Positions 63,942-64,000 of a stretch of 64,000 nt of DNA are shown here, one piece after another (positions within the stretch are counted from its first letter, which is position 1; every line of letters begins with the position of its first letter). The notes under the pieces were generated by a model that had not been told where the DNA came from, made no database searches, and saw only the letters and a program-made list of their open reading frames with translations. Both the position numbers and the translations under genes were made by a program. The DNA is from Lophium mytilinum (taxonomy: Eukaryota), in assembly GCA_010093605.1 (NCBI GenBank), contig MU004181.1, forward strand, positions 1,426,001 to 1,490,000, in the 5' to 3' direction.

Positions 63942-64000
63942 GTAAGCGATCCTGTCACATGAAATCGGCGCACTCTTTTCACATGCTAATCAGGAGCAGT

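Overview
Eukaryotic, intron-rich DNA from a filamentous ascomycete (Pezizomycotina; Dothideomycete affinity is only a guess). The window holds about 20 protein genes: a partial Ser/Pro-rich gene, an NAD-dependent epimerase, a TRI12-type MFS transporter, flbD-type Myb TF, MTC6-like protein, GNAT, IRC5/LSH SNF2 ATPase, enoyl-reductase-like oxidoreductase, kinase-like gene, amino-acid permease, Hsp88, CENP-L/Fta1, a TM/Cys-rich/HMG-box fusion, M28 peptidase, three hypotheticals, AVL9, HOG1 and a group III G-alpha. The most notable unannotated signal is a ~1.2 kb highly structured + strand non-coding region (~8700-9880). Its nested long-range helices, boundary arm and U-rich/A-rich pseudoknot match fungal telomerase RNA architecture, but the template position reads ACACACCCCCCAC instead of the TTAGGG-type UAACCCUAA. 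Also found: a 381-bp Tc1/mariner-type MITE, a duplicated tRNA-like B-box element, and a stop-free in-frame Hsp88 intron. All pairings and splice models were derived by eye.
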